From NCBI GenBank assembly GCA_030704615.1, contig CM060733.1, positions 19,468,001 to 19,532,000 on the forward strand: DNA of 64,000 nucleotides, written 5' to 3'. Below, one piece after another: positions 59,422 through 64,000 of the stretch. Source of the DNA: Takakia lepidozioides (Eukaryota > Plantae > Bryophyta). The position numbers and the translations under genes were made by a program. The notes under the pieces were generated by a model, which worked only from the letters and a program-made list of their open reading frames with translations, made no database searches and was not told the origin of the DNA. Within the stretch, counting starts at the first letter, position 1, and each line of letters opens with the position of its first letter.

Positions 59422-62400
59422 GTACAATGATAGTAACAAGAAGTAAAGCCAAACTAATACCTCCAGTAGAAGAGGAAGAAGATGAGACTGGAAGTGGCAA
59501 TGATATGCCTGAAGATGAAGAGACTTGGAAAGATGAGAAGGAACTGCACAAGGAAGTGGCAGATACTATAAGGGAAATGCAAAAGAGTACTGATATTCCT
59601 GTGGCAGATTCCTCTGATTCGGATGGAGAGAAAGAAGGGAGTGAGGAAGAAAGGAAAAAAGAAGATGCAGACATGCAAAGTAATGAAGAGACTTTGGCTG
59701 CAGTAATATGTCAGACCAAAGCAGAAATTACCATTGGACAGCTATTAGCTGTGGCACCTTATTGTAGGCACAGGCTGTATCAAGCAATCAATCGAATTGC
59801 CCAAGAGACAGGAAACACAGACCTGAACAGCAAGGTGACCAGTTATAATGTGAAGCCGGAAGGGCGAGAACCAGTCATGGACTTTGATGATTCTATGCCA
59901 GTAATCCAATTGAGAATTGGAAGCACAGAACTAACTGATGTACTGATAGATGGTGGTTCTGGAGTAAATATCATGACAGACCAATTAAGGAAGAAGCTTG
60001 GTCTAAGTAACATGAAACCAGCCCCATTTACAGTAACAATGGCAGATCAAAGAAGTGTGCAGCCATTGGGATTAATAAGAGGAGTTAAGATACAGATACA
60101 GAAAATGATCTTTATGATCACAGTAACTGTATTAAAAATGGATGAAGTCATGGAGGCTTACTCCTTATTATTGGGACGTCCGTGGCTGAAACAGGCCAGG
60201 GTATTCCATGACTGGAATTCTCAGTTACTAACCGTGCATAATGGGATACACGAGATACAAATTACCACAAAGAAATCTAGTAGATTACCTGCTACAAGAA
60301 GACCTCGAGGAGTCAGAGAGTATGACTGGAGAGGAGGACTGGATGAGGAGCAGGAAGCTACCCTATTTGCTGCACACCCAGAGTGGGAGCAGGTTGTAGA
60401 GATGCGGCTGGAAAGCCTAAGTTGTTTGAGAGGTATCTGCTGTGGTGTAGTGACAGCAACACCAACTGAAGAGGAAACCAGCATTTACCCATCACATTTC
60501 TATGAAGAGAGAGAAGGAGAAATAGAAATCCTAGAAGAACCAGCCACTGTGAGCTTACAGGATGAAGTGGTGACTGGTTGGACAATCACAGCGGATGAGC
60601 AGGTGAGAGAAGTAAATGTGGGAACTAAAGAGGAACCGAGGATGGTGAAAGTAGGAGCTGATTTGGAGCCGGAATTCTTCGAAGAAGCTAAAAGCTTGTT
60701 CATCAAATACAGAGATGTATTTGCTTGGAGCTATGAGGATCTAAAAGGGATACCACCTGAAGTCTGTCAGCATAAGATTGAACTGGAACCAGGGTCAGTA
60801 CCAATCAAACAGGCGAGGTATAGAATGAATCCCAACTACGCACAGAAGGTTGGAGAAGAGATAAAGAAGTTGGCTGAGGCTAAGTTTATATACCCAATAG
60901 AGTATACAACTTGGTTGTCACCCATTGTTATAGTTCCCAAGAAGAATGGCAAAACTAAGAGTATGTGTGAACTATAAGAAGCTGAATGCTTGTACGAAGA
61001 AAGATCCTTTCCCTTTGCCATTCACAGAAGCAGTATTAGACACTGTGGCAGGCCATGAGATGTACTCATTCATGGATGGCTTCAGTGGTTATAATCAAGT
61101 GCAAGTGGCAGAGAAGACCAAGGGAAAACAGCTTTCATCACAGACTGGGGGGCTTATGCATACAAAGTCATGCCCTTTGGACTTTGTAATGCACCAGCGA
61201 CCTTTCAGAGAGTGATAAGTGAATCTTTTCATGAGTATCTGGATGATTTCATGCAGGTGTTCTTGGATGATTTCAGTGTGTACAGCTCTAAGAATGAGCA
61301 CTTGCATAAATTGGAGTTATGCTTGGCCAGATGCAGGATGAGAGGTCTGGGCCTGAATCCAGAGAAGTGTACTTTCTGTGTGAACTCAGGGGTGCTTCTG
61401 GGACACATTGTGTGTAAGAAGGGACTCCTTGTGGATCCAGAAAGACAGAGTCCATTAAAGCCTCTCCACCACCAGTGAATGTTAAAAGTCTACGAAGATT
61501 CCTTGGGCAAACCAGTTATTACAGGAGATTTGTCAAAAGGTATGCACAAATAGCAGCACCATTGAGCAAACTACTGAAGAAAGATGCAGTGTTTGCCTGG
61601 ACAGCTGAATGTCAACAGGCATTTGAGGAACTTACACTGTCAGTAACAACTACACCTGTGCTGATTAACCTCACTGGCATGTAGTATTTCATGTTCACTG
61701 CGATGCATCAGGAGAAGCGTTGGGAGCGGTGTTAGCCCAGAATGTTACAGGGAATATAGATTCACCTGTGTACTATGCTAGCCGGTTGATGAACAGTGCT
61801 GAGAGGAACTATAGCACAACGGAAAGAGAAGCATTGGCAATGATCTATGCAGTGAAGAAATTCAGGCATTACATGTTGGGCAAGAAGTTTATGTTTTATG
61901 TGGATCACCAGGCTCTGATATATCTGGTGAACAAACCTTTGATAAGTGGAAGGATAGCGAGGTGGTTAATAATCTTGCATGAGTTTGAGTTCGAGGTTAT
62001 TTACAAGCCTGGCCGTTTGCATCTTGTGGCAGATCATTTGTCACGACTAACAACAGGAGAGGCCGCCACAGGATCAGTTACCTGATGCGAGTTTATTTGT
62101 AATGGAGGTGCAAGGAAGTGCAGATGAATGGTTAGATTGGCAGTGGCCAATCAGATACTACCTTGCTCATGGTCAGTGCCCACCTAGTTATGGTAAGGAG
62201 CAGAGGAAGAGAATCGCTATCAAAGCTTTACCTTATACTATGGTAGGAAGCAGAATGTATAAGTTAGGACCTGATGGAGTACTAAAACGATGCTTGTACC
62301 ACCATGAAGTAAATAAAGTTTTGGCGGAAGTTCATAAAGGAGTGGCTGGAGGTCATTTTGGAGAAGAGACTACCAGTAGAAAGATACTACTCGCAGGATA

Positions 62401-63360
62401 CTGGTGGCCTACTTTGTTCAAAGATGTACACGAGTATTGTCAGAAGTGTGATGAATGTCAGAGGCCAGAGATCTGGAAGGATGGCCTTGCATCCTACAAT
62501 GCCTACGGAACCATTTCAGAAATGGGGACTAGACTTTGTTGGACCAATTAACCCACCATCCAAGAATACACGAAACAGGTACATAATTACAGCCACTGAT
62601 TATACTACAAAGTGGGTGGAAGCTAAAGCTTTGAGGGACAACACAGCCAAGTCCACAGCAAGGTTCCTGTACGAGAACATACTTACACGATTTGGCTGTC
62701 CCTTAGAATTTATCAGTGATCAAGGAAGTCACTTCATGAATGAGACCATTGAGTTGTTGACTAAAGAGTTTATGATTGTGCATAGAAAGAGTACAACATA
62801 TTACCCACAGGGTAATGGGCAGGCAGAGGCTACCAACAAAATACTATGTACTATCTTGGCTAAGATAGTCAATGCAAACAGAACGGATTGGGATACGAAG
62901 CTGCTGACAGCTTTGTGGTCATACAGGACTTCATATAAAGTCACCACTAAGTATACACCATTCCAATTAGTTTATGGTATGGAAGCCTTACTTCCAGTGG
63001 AATTCCTGTTACCTACCATGAGAACGGAGTGGGGAAAAAGAATGGAATTGCAAGACTCCATCAAGGTCAGGAAACATGATTATACCATGTGGAAGAAGAA
63101 GTCATGCTGATGCAGCTGATAATATGACCAGAATTCAGATGAAGCGAAAGGAACAGTTTGATGAAGGCAAGTTAAAGACTTTTAAGACAGGAGATTTGGT
63201 TCTATGGTTGCAGAAGAAAGGAAAGATTCAAGCTTCTAAGCTTAAATCACCGTGGAAAGGACCTTATGTCATACAAAAGATTGTATGATAACAACACCGC
63301 CATGTTACAAACCATTAACAAAGAAATGCTGGAAGAGTCAATGCGCATAAGTTGAAGGGG
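59376..63360 (+). pseudogene. pol: pol of element B (PR-RT-RH-INT), split by frameshifts
   Basis: Successive ORFs from 59376-60977 to 63076-63288 carry all canonical domains. Confidence 0.9.
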
Positions 63361-63509
63361 TACAGTGGTATCCATGACAAACCCCTGCAGCATGATTTGC
63401 ATGTTGAACCGCAAGAGCAGGTCAAGGGCTGCACCAGTGTTACGAACGGAGTATGGAACACTTGTCGCTAGACCCAGCATATATGACCAGGGTTGGCAAA
63501 ACAAACGTG

Positions 63510-63805
63510 ACACAGCCTATCCAGCCCAGCACGGCAAAAGCACAGCCTATCACAAGCCAATCACGACGTGAAACAGATCACAAGCCATCACGACGTACAC
63601 AGCAGCCTATCACAGATCGGACACCAATCCATCACAGCCCATACGACGTGACACATCCTATCACAGCCCAGCCACGGCGCAACACAGAGCCTATCACAAC
63701 CTACCCACAGCGTGTCACAGCCTATCACAGCTTACCACAGTGCATCACAGCCTATCACAAACGTAACACCTTAATGACACAGCCTGTCACAGCTCAACAC
63801 AGCCT
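63510..63805 (+). repeat. Degenerate ACAGCCTATCAC repeats in the 3' UTR of element B
   Basis: Direct reading; the motif is related to the CACAGCC repeat in the LTR. Confidence 0.75.
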
Positions 63806-64000
63806 ACTAAAGTTACACGATCCATAGAATCAGTGACAAGTGGACACATAATAACTTCAGGAAAATGGCTGACGGAAGAGGAAACGGAAATTACTTTAAA
63901 AATGGACACGTGGAGGTCGGGCGCGACACACACAGCCGAGAAGGAAGTGCAAGAACAGGTGTCAAAAAGAAAGAGGACAAGAACGGCCGTCAAAAGGGAT

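Larger units (their letters stand above)
55935..64000 (+). mobile_element. Ty3/Gypsy LTR retrotransposon B nested in element A; 3' LTR lies beyond the window
   Basis: 5' LTR, extra ORF(s), gag with three CCHC knuckles, protease LIDGGS, RT (FLDD), RNase H (CDAS) and integrase (GLDFVG, SDQG, NGQAE). Confidence 0.92.

Overview
Eukaryotic nuclear DNA from a land plant, probably a non-seed lineage (inferred from the PLS-DYW PPR gene, MUB, a pheophytinase fragment and the transposon types). The ORF track misses most real genes because they are spliced. Manual exon assembly gives four intact genes: a sarcosine/pipecolate oxidase (600-2096, -); a complete 16-exon WASH1/WASHC1 Arp2/3 activator with WAHD, polyproline and VCA domains (4483-12291, +); a ZMYND15/MSS51-like MYND gene (14546-20274, -); and a membrane-anchored ubiquitin-fold gene, MUB (44289-46121, +). 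A PLS-class PPR gene (31575-33902, -) has a decayed E/DYW tail. Its 5' end is joined to a pheophytinase fragment, then an inverted copy of part of the neighbouring MYND gene, then a Ulp1-carrying Mutator-like element. The rest is transposon-rich: a TTAA-flanked piggyBac-like MITE, other MITEs, AT-rich tandem arrays, and two nested Ty3/Gypsy elements (about 48.6-64 kb). The outer Gypsy element has a -1 frameshift signal and a dUTPase-like domain. The most notable finding is the intact plant WASH1. All homology calls come from motif recognition by eye; no searches were run.
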